DNA of 61,801 bases, filler included, from Choristocarpus tenellus KU-1152 (Eukaryota; Protista; Phaeophyceae), in NCBI GenBank assembly GCA_964200185.2. It is 7 parts of 7 records of this genome, joined end to end, with 100 filler letters (N's around TTAATTAATTAA, not from the genome) between each part and the next. Parts side by side here need not be neighbours in the genome. Positions count along the whole stretch, not along the records: positions 11,062 to 28,416 come from CAXNAD020000684.1; 6 more parts are not named here. One strand, written 5' to 3'. The position numbers and the translations under genes are program-made. The notes below the pieces were generated by a model. It was not told where the DNA came from. It made no database searches and saw only the letters and a list, made by a program, of their open reading frames with translations. Shown here in pieces: positions 11,062-23,535 of this stretch (the stretch's first letter is position 1; each line of letters begins with the position of its first letter).

Positions 11062-11764
11062 CAAATAACCCAAAATCGCGACATGAAAAATTTGACCCCA
11101 AATGGACAGCCGCCACCCCCTCCCAGATACTTTGCGTCAAGCGTTCCTCCCATTCGTTGGCGCTTGTCTTGTCTCTGTGCTGCTGCTGTTGTAGTTTATT
11201 GTTAGAGTATGGCTGCTTGGTGAGGATTGTATAAAGTATTTATGGAAGGCCTCTCCGTTTTAAGTAATGTTTAACGAAAACTGATATTGATATCCCACAG
11301 GTCCTACTGTCCTTGAGAAACTCGATGGTGACTACCAGCTACTCTGATTCATCCTGTGTAAGAATATCATTCTGGGGAGTGCTCACATCATTATGGTTGG
11401 TAGTGCATTTATTAGAGAAGACGCATTATGTCTCGGTTGTTTTGAATGGTGTTTTATGTGGGTAGGTTCAGTTGTTTTTGTGAAGTGTATTCCATAATGG
11501 TGGTCTACTCAGTCAATTCACTTTTCCACAAGAAATTCTACCCTAGCAAGTTCAAATGACCAAACATGCGTATGATCTGTACATAATCACATCACTGAAA
11601 ACACGAAATTAGTAAGTAGGCGCAACAATCAGTCTCGGAAGCTAAGTTTCTACCTACTCTACAACATTATCATTTTAGAGAGTGTGACAGATTGTCGCAC
11701 TCCGTAAAAATATCAAGATCATCAGCAATTTTTTGTACACTCACTGAAAAGGTTACCTACACTA

Positions 11765-12085
11765 AGAAGGGATGAAGTCGTATTGTAGATACGGGTGTCA
11801 ACTCATCGCAGCAAGTTGTGCCCACCGATCAGATTGTATCAGTCACTGTATGGAAGGTTTCTACTTTGGCCTGCGCTAGGGTTGTGCTTATGGGTTGCTG
11901 GCATTGGCATGTCCAATAACATGCCCTACTCTTCACGAGGAACCTGATGGTGAGCATCCCCCACTCTGATTCCTCCTGTGGTTGGTGGATATCATTTTAG
12001 CTTTTGTAAACATTGTCACGGTTGATACCGCATTTTGCATGCATATTTACACATTATTGTCACTATTGTTCTGGGTGGTTAAAAT
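11765..12085 (-). repeat. Old dispersed repeat, inverted homolog of 27715-28035
   Basis: Reverse complement shares colinear blocks such as GAATCAGAGTGGG, CAGGTTCC..AAGAGTAGG, TAAGCACAACCCTAGC, CCTTCCATAC and GACTTCATCC. Confidence 0.6.
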
Positions 12086-14194
12086 ACCAAAATGTAGGAC
12101 TCCAACTTTATTGTTAAGCGCACTGACATTTTGGGGATGTTGTCGTGGAGGACAAAGAAACAGAAGCAAACAGCAACAGAGTCTGACGGGATGAATTGGC
12201 TAGTTAATGACTGAGTCATACTAGCTATTGCTAGATACCTGATATGCCAAAGTACTAGGAAGATTTCGCGGATTATGGTAGGAACAATTGAAGATTGATA
12301 CAATACAATATTGAATTTCAAGCAGGACATCAGATAGATCAAGGACATACAGCGGAAAATGCCCAAAACAATTTTCACGATAATTGTAAATGGGACAGTA
12401 CAGTAGATTCTATTTAGCCAAGTTCCCAGTATCCGCGCATGCCCAACCCCGTTACGTACTTATGTTGGTGGCAGAGCAATACAGGATTGATATGCTCACA
12501 ATTTCGATTCGCAAGGACCCATGTTTGTGCCATTTGAGAGACGTAGTAAAAGGTGTTTCTAGTCTATTCGAACATCATCAGTAGTAGTAGTAGTTGGTGT
12601 GTTTTGTTTGGTGCAGCAAAGAATATGTTTGCAGTTAGTAGTGGTGATACGTTACAGACACCACTGGTGGTGGAGGGATAGGATGTGAGCTAGAGTCAGT
12701 GACGAAACTTACCACTGATTGTTCCATTGTTTGACAGTTTATGTGTTGGATGTGTAACATCATTTATCAGATGTATTTCGTTGTTTGATATTCAATGATT
12801 GTTGTTGAGTTCCTGATATGCTCACCATATGAAGTACAGGTAATAGCATAATAAATGTGGACAATAAAGAACCTCACATCGTAGGTGAAGACAGAATATC
12901 TCCTCCTGTTCAGTCAGTGGAATCGAGATCATAAGCCAATTGTTCATAAAAAGATAAATATATGTTCATATCAAGTCATTGTCATGTACCAGTACGTCAT
13001 CTCCATCAACGAAAAAGGTAGAATATTCAGCAAGTATCTCAGCAAGCACCATCCTCCACTACAGTTACCTACAGGTTTGCAAGACACAAAGGCAAAATCA
13101 CATTTAATAATCTACACTACTTGAACAGAAAACAGACATAATAGAAACAGAGGGTGTATCCTTGAAGTGGTAGGTCGACAAGGTCTACTCAGGACAACTG
13201 AATGAAATTATCATGTGGATGTTGCATCAAAAAACGTTGTCGGGAAGAGAAGGAAATGTAGGGTATGGTACGAACAAGAAGAATAATTGTTTGTTCTATT
13301 ATGATACGTATTATATACTATGAATCTATGTATGTGCAAATTGTTCAATAAAAGGATATCCTTTGTTTACAAGCAGAACTGGACACGGAGGTCCTGCAAC
13401 AAATAATGCCCTCAAGGATAGTAGAACGATTCAAATCACCAGTTGAGCTCTACAAAATGGCGACTCTCAGGGAAAGTAGGTCGGGCACTAAACCATCTGA
13501 AAACCAAATGTAGTGGTTACCTACTGACGGCCCTACTACTAAACACCGATCTTTCTGGATTCTGTCCTCCTACACCCCTAAAGATTATAGGGTGTCCAAC
13601 ACGCAACAGAGAGGACTGTATCACTCTCCAAGATAATGCCGGACAGAACACTGGGGCAGATAAGGTGGTGGAGATATCATACAGCATATTAAAAAAATCT
13701 CAAAACCCTCAATTCCACAACATTCAGGTCATACGAAACTTCCCATTTGCCACCACTAGCACCCTATTCTCCTCCTTCCCTCAGAAATCCCTGCAGCATC
13801 AGGCATTGCTCTAACAACCAAGTAAGATGTGCAGAGAATGACCTAGAATCCCATCAAACTATCAATGTCAAAAATAAGACCCAATGGAGAGATGGAAAAA
13901 TGTATTGTGTCCTGTCACTCTGTATATACCATTGCCATTCGTTCCATACCCCCCCACAAGCACTCAGGAGTAAACCTGTAACTAAAACTGAGAACACAAA
14001 CAAGCAAGGGTTTTCTTACATAGCAAAAGCCTCGAATCACTGCACTCTGCAGAGGTGACAACACCCTCGAAAAAACGAACTCGGTTAGCAATCACGAACA
14101 CCTCGCTCCTTCCCAGGGCCAGCCAACTACTAATACTTCAATGTTGTCGCAACACATCACAACCCTAACCCTAACCCTAACCCAAAATCTCTAG

Positions 14195-17100
14195 TTATCC
14201 TTCGTCCTTCTTCCTCCTTTTCTCTCTCGCCGATTCCGGGGACTGGTCTTGTTGCCCCCGCTTCAATGCGCATCCATATCCATCATCAGACTTCGCCTCC
14301 CGCTTTGAAGGTTCCGACGGCAGACTCCAACGCCTCCTACGCACCCCTCGATCTGCCCTGGCAGATCCCTTCTTGTTCCTGTTCTCAGCTTGAGCGCCAT
14401 CTGGACTAGTTGATGAGGAAGGTTCCGTAGACGTAGCTGCGGCATCTGCCCCAGCCCCAGCTCCATCTTGCGCAAGCCCGTCTTGCTGCTGGAGTGTTGG
14501 CTCCGGGGAGACCCCTGGGTCAGATTGGTTGGTGTCTGAAATACGAGACTTTAGGAGGTTGCGGATAGTGCTTACCACCATGGTGTCATGGCCCGCCCCT
14601 CGCTCGTCATACAACGCCAAGATTTGGTCACATATGTCTGAACGCATGGGGGGGGGGGGGGTTGGGGAGGGTATACACAGAAAGGGTATAGAAGGGAGGA
14701 AGGTCAACACTTGAACGGGGCAACTATGAGTCGATCTTGGATACAGAACGTCTTTCCGTTTCAAACTTGAGGTGCTGGAACACTGTTCCTGAAGTGAGAA
14801 GAGAGGATATTTACGAGAAAATCGACATGTGTTTTATGTGGGTTTGTTTATTAGGGAGGAAGGCGGGGTTCTAGCTGAGTCGTTTCAGTTCATGCCCTCC
14901 ATGGATAGTCGACAGTGCCTATGAATTCGCCAACAAATGTATTGCAGTACTCAAAACATTTTTTCTGCAGGAGTCTTCTTAAGTACGCATTGCATGTTGA
15001 GCTCCTGATTTCATATCAAACTCTAGGGTCACGTGGCACGACAGGCCAATCCTGCACCATGGATAACATAACATAACATAACGCCTACATATATAATTGC
15101 ACCATGAGAGACTCAAAAGCAAGAAGTACACGCCAATGGGCTGAGTAGAAGCCATTTATAGCAATTGTCGCCTACAATCAGGTGTGAATTTTGACGGACA
15201 AGTTCGATATAACTCCCTTATACCCCCCTGCCCCAATGAAATAATACATAGTGTACACAAGGAAATATATCATACTACAAATATGGTGGCATACCCAGCA
15301 GGCACGAGTCGCACCTCAACCTTATGTAAAAAAACAAAAAACAACGAATACTTAGAAAGCAATTCTCTTGCTACTTCTGAACATGCTGCCTCCCACCAAA
15401 ACAAAACAGCCACATATCAGTAAAACAACCAAACATACAACTGGTACGGTTTTGCTGTCTCTTTAGGTTAGGTTAAGGTTGCTCTGTGTGCAATCCGTGC
15501 TTTCAAACGCCATCGAAACCATATCTTCCAACCAAATATTTCAGGATCGCACACAGCTTCGCACATAGTAGGGATAGGGTTGTAGGTTGTAGATTGTAGG
15601 TTAAAGGTTAGGGTTGCGTGCGAGTCCGAGCAAAAGCACATAGCATGCGAGCACACGGGTCACCATCGGTATGCAAGACAATACTTCAAACAAACAAAAC
15701 AAAAAGACTCCACCTAACAGCTTAGGGTTAGGGCTACCGACCGACTGCGTGCGGACACAACAAACCTTTTCCGAAACTTCTCTACAGTTCAAAAAAAAAA
15801 AAGAGACAGACAAAAAAGAAATATATATATATATGTCAGGGGAAAGAGCTTAAGAAGACCTAACACACAAGAACATACCAGGGACTACAGCCTCGTCCAC
15901 TCCGAGCCATTCTATGGCCACTCGAGGCATATCCATGTAGAGATGGGCCAGGTAGACCACAGAGGCAGCAACCTCTCGTGAGCTGTACTGCAGTGATAGC
16001 GTTGTCAACAGGCTGTCGTTTATCATGCTTATGGCAGCCTGGGCACGTGCATCCATGCAGGCATACGCCAAGGAGGAGGGTGGGGTGGAGAGAGGTCACG
16101 CGGTGCAGGGCCTTAGATGCAACAGTGTGATGATGATAGGGTTAGGGCTGGGAATCGAAGCAACTCTGGGAGTACAGTGTAAACCAGCTAAACCAGCTCT
16201 AGTCGATTGGGTGTGTCTGACACAACCAAAGTATGAGCGCAAAACTGAACACTGGGTACACAAACCGCCCTGAGAATGGTGACATGGAACTGTGCCACAC
16301 ACACATACATTTCGTAGAGGTTAAAAAAAACTGATTGAATAATAATTTAAAAAAAGGCTCTCGATTGCGGTCTGGACCACTCTTCAAAGAGGTTCGACCG
16401 AGTTGATTTGAATCGTTACAATTTACGACTCTTAACCATTTCCACAGCTCTTAATAACCACTTCCGGCTTATTGATGATGCGGCTAGCAGAGTGTGATTC
16501 AGTGTGATTCAGAGGGTTGCTCACTGATAGTCGCCAAAGGCAATGATTAATGATTAATGATTAATGATGAATGATGAATGATGAATGATCTTAGTTAATT
16601 CTTCCGTGACACCTTGGGCATGTGTGTTCACAGATACAGAGTCCTAAGCGGGTTGTGGAATAGGGGTTGTGAACTACTACTACTACTACTACTCTAAGTA
16701 GGACTTCACTCCATGGAAAACTCTAGCATTGTCCTGAAACGCTCAGTCAAACACATTGTTAACCCCTCACGCAACATTTCCTGTCCATATTCCATATTAA
16801 TCGTGGACCACGCCCATCAATTCGGTTGAATCACAATTGATAATCAATACCGAAAATCGAAGGGTGAGTTCTCGACTGGATTTATTATTATTATTATTAT
16901 TATTATTAATAATTATATTTTTTTCTCTTCAAAGTATGAGCACACACAGCAAGCGCACTCTGCTCGGGGAAGCCCAGCGGCGCTCGAAGCACGATTTGAT
17001 TATAACCAAGTACGTAACAAAAAACAATCATCAAATTGTAAAAAACAATCATCAAGCCGATCGAACTTACACTCGTAAAAAATTTCAACTGACACCAACA

Positions 17101-19457
17101 CTCACTCACTGTCCAGGACTACACCTGGTGGCCGTTTTTGCGCAGTAGTGTTGATTGTATCTCACATATCACTGGGAGGCGTTGCACTGGAACCTTTTCC
17201 ATCATCAACACACAGCCATGCTATGTCAAGCATTGATCCTTACACTACTGTGTACTGTGGAATGTGCAATCACAGGTGTACATTGGTATTCCCCACTTAC
17301 ATAAGGATCTGGGGCTGCACAGGTGCTTCCGCAGCCAGCATGATGCTTGATGGCAGCAAAATAGCTGCAGCTACTTGTAGTGATTGGAGTAGATATGCTA
17401 TTTTTTCTACAGCTTATTCAAAGCAATGATCAGAAGTAGATCCATCTTTTTCAACTTTTACTCAGTTCTGAACTGGCAAGGACAGTTGTATATTATACAC
17501 CAAAATTTGATCTAGGTAGTTCAACCAAACTCCAGGCTGCCGTATCCTATACTCCTGATTCTAGTACTTCTTTAGGTTGAAAAGATCTCGTGAATCATCG
17601 ATTTTCCTCTTCAGAAGAACAACAGTCTAGATTTGGCATTGTTGCTTGTAATTGTCTAAGGCGCACAGGGCTTTATCCAACAACCTAATGCAACAAGATG
17701 CTGATTGCAATAGCAACACTAGAATTATAAGTTCAGAGGACATTGTGGGAATAACAATATGTCCAAAAAGGCAAACCAAAACAGCCAACTACTTATTTTG
17801 AGTACTTAGTGGAGTACACAAGTAGATTGTCCAACATGTTACAATCCACTAGTTGTCAAAGACACCTGCCTAGTACACCATATCTCAACAAGCTAAAAAG
17901 TCAGTTACTGCATGCTGTTAAATGTCTGCTCTCTCACTTGCAAAAGCTGTCGATGGCGCGATCGATCCTTCGCAGCCCCAGTCTCCCCCCAGCCTCCGCC
18001 GCTTCCTCCTCCCCCTACACCCCCTTTCCCTCCCCCTGCGAGCCTCTTGAGTTCCTTGAGTTGGGATGCTGCCTCTGCATATGGGTGGTGCACACTGAGC
18101 TGGAAGCTAAGGGTATTCAGCAGACAACGTTCTGCAATCAAAATCTGCACTCACCGTTTTGCAGCAAGCAGAAAATTGCAGAGGGGGTGCACAGGGGAAG
18201 GTCAATTGAAAGCACAGAAAACTCGTGAAGTCAATTCAATATACAGGCAAGTCACTTTCTCATAGGAAAAGGTTATGCTCATGGTGGTAAGGATAAGGTT
18301 GAAAGTGCCCCTGTCATCACTTGCATAGAGCTCATGCCTCATAGAGAAAAAAAAATGCAGCCTCATCGGTTTCAAATTACAGGCATTAGGTATCTCTATG
18401 CAGGCTTTAGAACCAATAAACAGAAAAGGTTCGAAGAGACCAGATCTGTATGTAAAGTGCAAGAGGTTCGAAAAGCATATCCTTCCCAATGAGTGATGCC
18501 CTCTTTTAGGAGTTCCTACCTTCTCTCGTAGGCGCCTAAAACCCTTGTCTTTCGGATCAAGTGGGTGCTTGGTATGTGTCCAGACGGCATGACAACGATT
18601 TACTATATGGTCGACCTTCCTAGGGCTCTCCTGGTGGGGGTTGGGGATAAGGTGAGGAAAAATATCACTTGGTGGAGACACGTGTGTTTTCCATATGCGC
18701 AAATTGTAGTTTAAGCTATTTCCTACCATACAGCGTGTTATAGCGACAGGTAGAATATCGCCGAATCCACTTGGAGCACAAGGACAAAACAGGAGAGCAC
18801 CCTATTCGGCAGGACTCAAGCAATCAGCAGCACTATCTACCACCTCTCCGCTTAAGCCAGTGACTCGGTTTCACCGACCTCAACCTTGCTGGCCAGGAAT
18901 AAGCATGCCGAGGCCACACAAAACCGATCGTGCTGGCTAAAGGACTGCAGCACGAAGAACTTGTGGAAGAACACATGAGCGGTTGCAATCGCCTCCATTG
19001 GTCTGGCATGCACGCGATAGCAGAACACCACAATTGACGTAAGGGGCTGGAGGGTAAGCACTGAAAGGTCGCTATTCTTAATATTATCATGGTGTGGAGT
19101 AGGGGAGCAAGGTGAGGGAACCTGGATGCAAATCCACAACAATGGTCAGGTTTATATTTAATCGAAAGAGGTTGTCGTGCCTGAGAAATAGCCTTCCACA
19201 CCATACATTGAGCATTGACCGGGCAACCACTTACAAAAAAAGTACTGGAATAGTGGGATTATCCACAAGCAGAGTCATTTTCTATCCCTAAAGACAGCAT
19301 TGTCTACACCTCAAACACTCAACAGGTCGAGGCTTTTCCCAGCTTGCTTGAGGAACAGGCATGTTTTCCGTCTATACTCCTTCTCCAGCACCTCAGACAT
19401 GCCATCTTTCCTAGATGGAGAATCACGAATCTGCTCTTTGGTATAGGTTTTAGCCAT
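14195..19457 (-). CDS. Cyclin T/K family transcriptional cyclin, 6 exons, ~392 aa
   Basis: Exons 19324-19457, 18879-19002, 18520-18630, 17938-18144, 15879-16038, 14195-14637; all GT-AG and phase-consistent. Motifs SPSRKDG, ATAHVFFHKFF, ACLFLASKVEESPRK, ERCLLNTLSFQLSVHHPY, NDSLLTTLSLQY. Confidence 0.93.
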
Positions 19458-20699
19458 CACGACGGTCGCTCTCGATGGATGTGAACTCGTACAACAACAA
19501 TGGGTGCAGTGAAGTAACTCTTGGTGAAGTGTGTTTAAGTCGAGAATGGGCAAGAAGAAATCGGAGGAAAATCAACTTGTGGAATTATTGGAATTCTCCT
19601 TGATACCATTTTTTTTTGTGGTGTCATCTCCACTAACTTACTCCCCATTCGAACTTTTCATCCAACATCTTACTACTACTTCTCCATATTTTTATTATTA
19701 TGCCCTCTGACATTTTGTAGATGTGTGAGCAAAAAAAACAATGAACTCTCTCTATTGTTACACTATCACTAAATTATAATGTATCGTAGTTTGCGTCTTT
19801 CTTGTTGGCTAAGTTGGGTCATCATTCCTACTCCTCGCTCCCTCCTCTCCTTTACATGTTCTCCTGAACCCGTCTCAAAGTTTCCACTTTGTTTGAACTT
19901 GGTCTGGCGTTTTTGTCGTGTAGCATAATAGAGTGGTGAAGGAGCCAAACCAATTGAGAGGTTGGCGGTATGGACCCTTTTGCATTCTAAGACATATTTC
20001 TTAACCCTCTCTATTTCATTGCTACATGTTCACAATAGTGTACGCAGAATTGATATTCCCCCTTTCCTCACACAGGGCAACACCACAATTCAGCAAAGGC
20101 TCTTTCTACAATTGTACAAAATGCCATCTTTTTACACTTTCTTGAGATCCCTGAAATGCAACCCTGCCTACGTCTTACTTGGTTTGACTCAAGTACAGGG
20201 TGTACAGCCTGTGGTTCTTTCCATGTGGAACAGTAAATCGAAAGCACATTTTTGGGAAGAATTCTGGTGTCGAAGGAACTTGAACCCCTTGAATACATGG
20301 ACGTTGCTATCGCCTTACACACTAGCCACAAGGCCGCCCACAACAACCAACGGGAAATGCACACAATGTTTTGCTTACGTCTTGTTGACCAAACATCTCA
20401 ATACACTTACGCCATACAATATGGTACATAAATGGTAGTATTTATAATTTTTCGAATTCTAGGGACAATTTCATTACAAATTAGATTATGAGAACCCCAT
20501 GTCTTCCAGAAGTGTCATTCTGGTCAGGGTGCCAAATACTTGTGTATGATGCCATTTTTGTTAGACTGTACGTAGATGATTCGAATTCTGATTTTTTTAC
20601 TTAGTTTCAAGAGGCAGGTTTCCCAGAATATGTGGTTGACTTACCTTTAAATGTTGGATTTTCGCACTTCTTGATGAGACACAAAGCCTATTACATACA

Positions 20700-21095
20700 T
20701 ATATTATTCTTTCGCCCTCTGACATCATACAGGTGTGTTGGGGAAGGGGGAAAACCAACACCAAAACTATATGACAAGGAGTACGCGGTTACATATTACC
20801 TAGTAGAGAACAATATTCGAGGGGACATTGCTGTATTGTTGTTTCAAATAGTACGTACCTTAGGGGAGGTATCTTAACATTGACGACAACTGTTGTATAT
20901 CCAGCAGATTTCTTCTCGTGTAGTTTTCGCCTTGGTTTCCCCCTCTCCCTGGCACATTTATCCTCTCTGAAATTTTGCAGATGTGTCGAACAAAAATCAG
21001 AACTCCATCATCACAAATAACGGTTGTCAATGCAAAACCTATCTCTCTAAAAAAAATACTAATTGAAAAGTAACAATACAGCAATGCCCCCTTTT
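20700..21095. repeat. Three short fragments of the CRE-like element 3' UTR in alternating orientation
   Basis: 20820-20895 and 21015-21092 are inverted copies (GGGGRCATTGCTGTATTGTT...); the CCTCTGA(C/A)AT tail motif occurs at ~20715 and ~20962; same family as 22430-22570. Confidence 0.55.
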
Positions 21096-21109
21096 AATCA
21101 TTGGTAGCT

Positions 21110-22590
21110 ACGAAGTACTATGTACACCCGACATGCTCATACATGCCCTAGGGCGGGAGGACAGGTACGCCAGCGCATGTCCGATGGTTAAGCGTCTAGG
21201 CCAACTCTGCAAAGGAATGGACATTCCTTGCACTATGGAGGATGGTAGCCCATTCACAGTGGACCGAAACAACCGAATGGATATGGTCTTCCATGCTGGG
21301 GCACTTGTGGATGCTGACTAGGCCCCCTACTGAGACAAAGGTCTCCTCCTGGATGTTGCTTTTGCAGAAGTCCAAGCATCCTCCCATCTACCCCACTCAT
21401 CTACCAGCGATGGTGTAGCTGCTTGCTGTAGCTGAAGTGTTAAATCGCACCCACCAAGAGGAATTATTTTGACCCTCGTGGTTTTAACCTCAACACCTTT
21501 GCAGTAGAAAGTTTTGGGTGCCTCGATAGGCAGATTAAAAATATATATGAGGTGGGTACATGGAGGAGAGGGGCAGGAGGTTATAGTAGGAAAGGGACTG
21601 TCAAGTCCCGCTTACGATAGATAGTGTTTGCCACTACACAAGTGGCTCTATTATGACACGTCATGCATTTCAGGCAAGAGTCACCAGGCAAATTGGCAGG
21701 GAGGGGCCGATCAGATTATTGAGATGCTTCCCTAGCTCCTTGGCCACCTTTGTAGGGCTAAGTTAGGTTGGAGGCATAGCAGCAGCGTGCACATTACATC
21801 AATTAGTAATTCGCAACCCTTAAGAGGGAATTGTAGTATAGCTACTATTAAAATCTGGTAAATACTTTTGTAGAGGTATATTTTGCATCAACGACAATTG
21901 ATACTTTTACGGGGGTCCTTGTGATATTGGTTTGAGTGAAAGTATCTTAGGGGGTACGACTTTTGCCCTGTTTGTCGGTTTGCGGCTTGGTTTCCCACGG
22001 GTTATTTATGACATTTTCCTACTCCTAAATATTTCGGAGTAGCTAATATGTATACATTATGAAAATGTGTGTCCGGAACAAGGATATTGACACTTCCTAA
22101 CAAACACGATAGACAAAAATACATCCTAATCGCAACATTGAATTTTGTCCCCCAAACGGACGCGGCTCTACCCCCTAAGATACCTTGACTCTTTGATTTT
22201 TGGCTGATGCATAAGCACTACACAAGTTGGTCTCTCAAGACGTGTCATGTGTTTCAAGCTGGAGAAATAAGGCAAATGGGCAAGGAGGGGCCTGTCAGAT
22301 TATTGGGATGTTTCCACAGTTCCTCGCCCACTTGTGTAGGGCTAAGCTAGGTTGGAGGCGTAACAGCAATGTACACATAACATTGCAATTTCCAAGCTTG
22401 AAGGGAGTGTTTGTAATATGATTGGTAGTCAAATAGTAAATAGATTTTTTAGAGATATCTTTAACATTTGCGACAACTGCTACTTTTACAGGGTTCCTTG
22501 TCATATTGGTCTGGCTTTTCCCCTGACACATGTGCAAAATGTCAGGGGGGCATAATAATGTATATAATAATCAAATTTCTCCAAAAAACA
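21110..22590 (+). mobile_element. CRE-like non-LTR retrotransposon 3' end (restriction-like endonuclease + 3' UTR), with a tandem second 3' end at ~22215-22590
   Basis: HALG...RMDMVFHAGAL...LLLDV...SDGVAA...AE...FAVESFGCL...TTQVAL matches the RLE C-terminus of CRE/R2-group elements. 21635-21930 is repeated at 22215-22510 and ends in a (TAA)-rich tail. Confidence 0.7.
21934..22191. mobile_element. MITE family A, copy 3
   Basis: Both TIRs; TTT on both flanks; inserted in the CRE-like 3' UTR, with an empty site in the second copy near 22508. Confidence 0.87.
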
Positions 22591-23481
22591 TTTAGTATAA
22601 CTTGGCGGTATGTACGTCACGCATACCGTGAACGCAGATGGTCCCTCTTGCAAGGTGGCATTAGTATTGAGCTACTGTGGCTTCCTTACGTAGGATAGAA
22701 GTTGAAGTGTACATTGATCGATGTCGAGATGTGAGTACTTAACTAAAGAAAGCCTATCATTACAACAGCCACTCAGAACCTCTTAAAAAAATTATGGTTG
22801 ATGGTGCATTTTCAGGAGAGTAGATCCAACACTTTCACCCTTCGATTTTCAGTCCAAGCGAGGTACATGTTCATTTCGATTTTATAGAGAGACAGAGAGA
22901 GAGAGAGTAATTTAGTCCAAACCCTTTTTGAACTGAAATAACCATGATGCACCTTCTTTTGCCTATTTCCTCGGTATATGCTTCATTCATGGGGTAGATT
23001 AAACTATTAATCACAATTTTTTTTTTTGAAGGAATAGGAAGGTGTTTCCCCCAAGAATTGTCATCCAAAATGAACTTCTCCACGTATATTGGAATACCTA
23101 TTTTTTGCCCCAACATATTTCTCTTATGTTATTGGTTGTTTTGCCTCTTCTCTAATCCCATCACGATTTGCATATACAATGGTCTATCAGTTATGTCAAC
23201 CATCACGGAAGTCTTCACTACTACTTTATATTCATATTTTGATAGTATTACGACCACCACCGAATTTCCTAGAGAAGCTTCTGATTGATCAGATTGAACT
23301 GGGGGACGAGGCGAATTGGGAAGGGTGATATTCTGTGCCGCCGCAGGTCTTGCAGGATACGGGTCCGAAGTCATGAAGAGTGAAACATGTAGTTTGTTTA
23401 TGGGTAGTGACACCTTCCTTGCGACAAAGTTGTGGTTCTGTGACCTCTGACACGTTCAATAGTCACACTTTCGGTTGCATT

Positions 23482-23535
23482 GTGTGTGTGTGTGTCTGTG
23501 TGTGTGTGTGAGCGTGCGTGCGTGCGTGTGCGTGT
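23482..23535. repeat. (GT)n/(GCGT)n microsatellite
   Basis: Directly visible. Confidence 0.9.
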
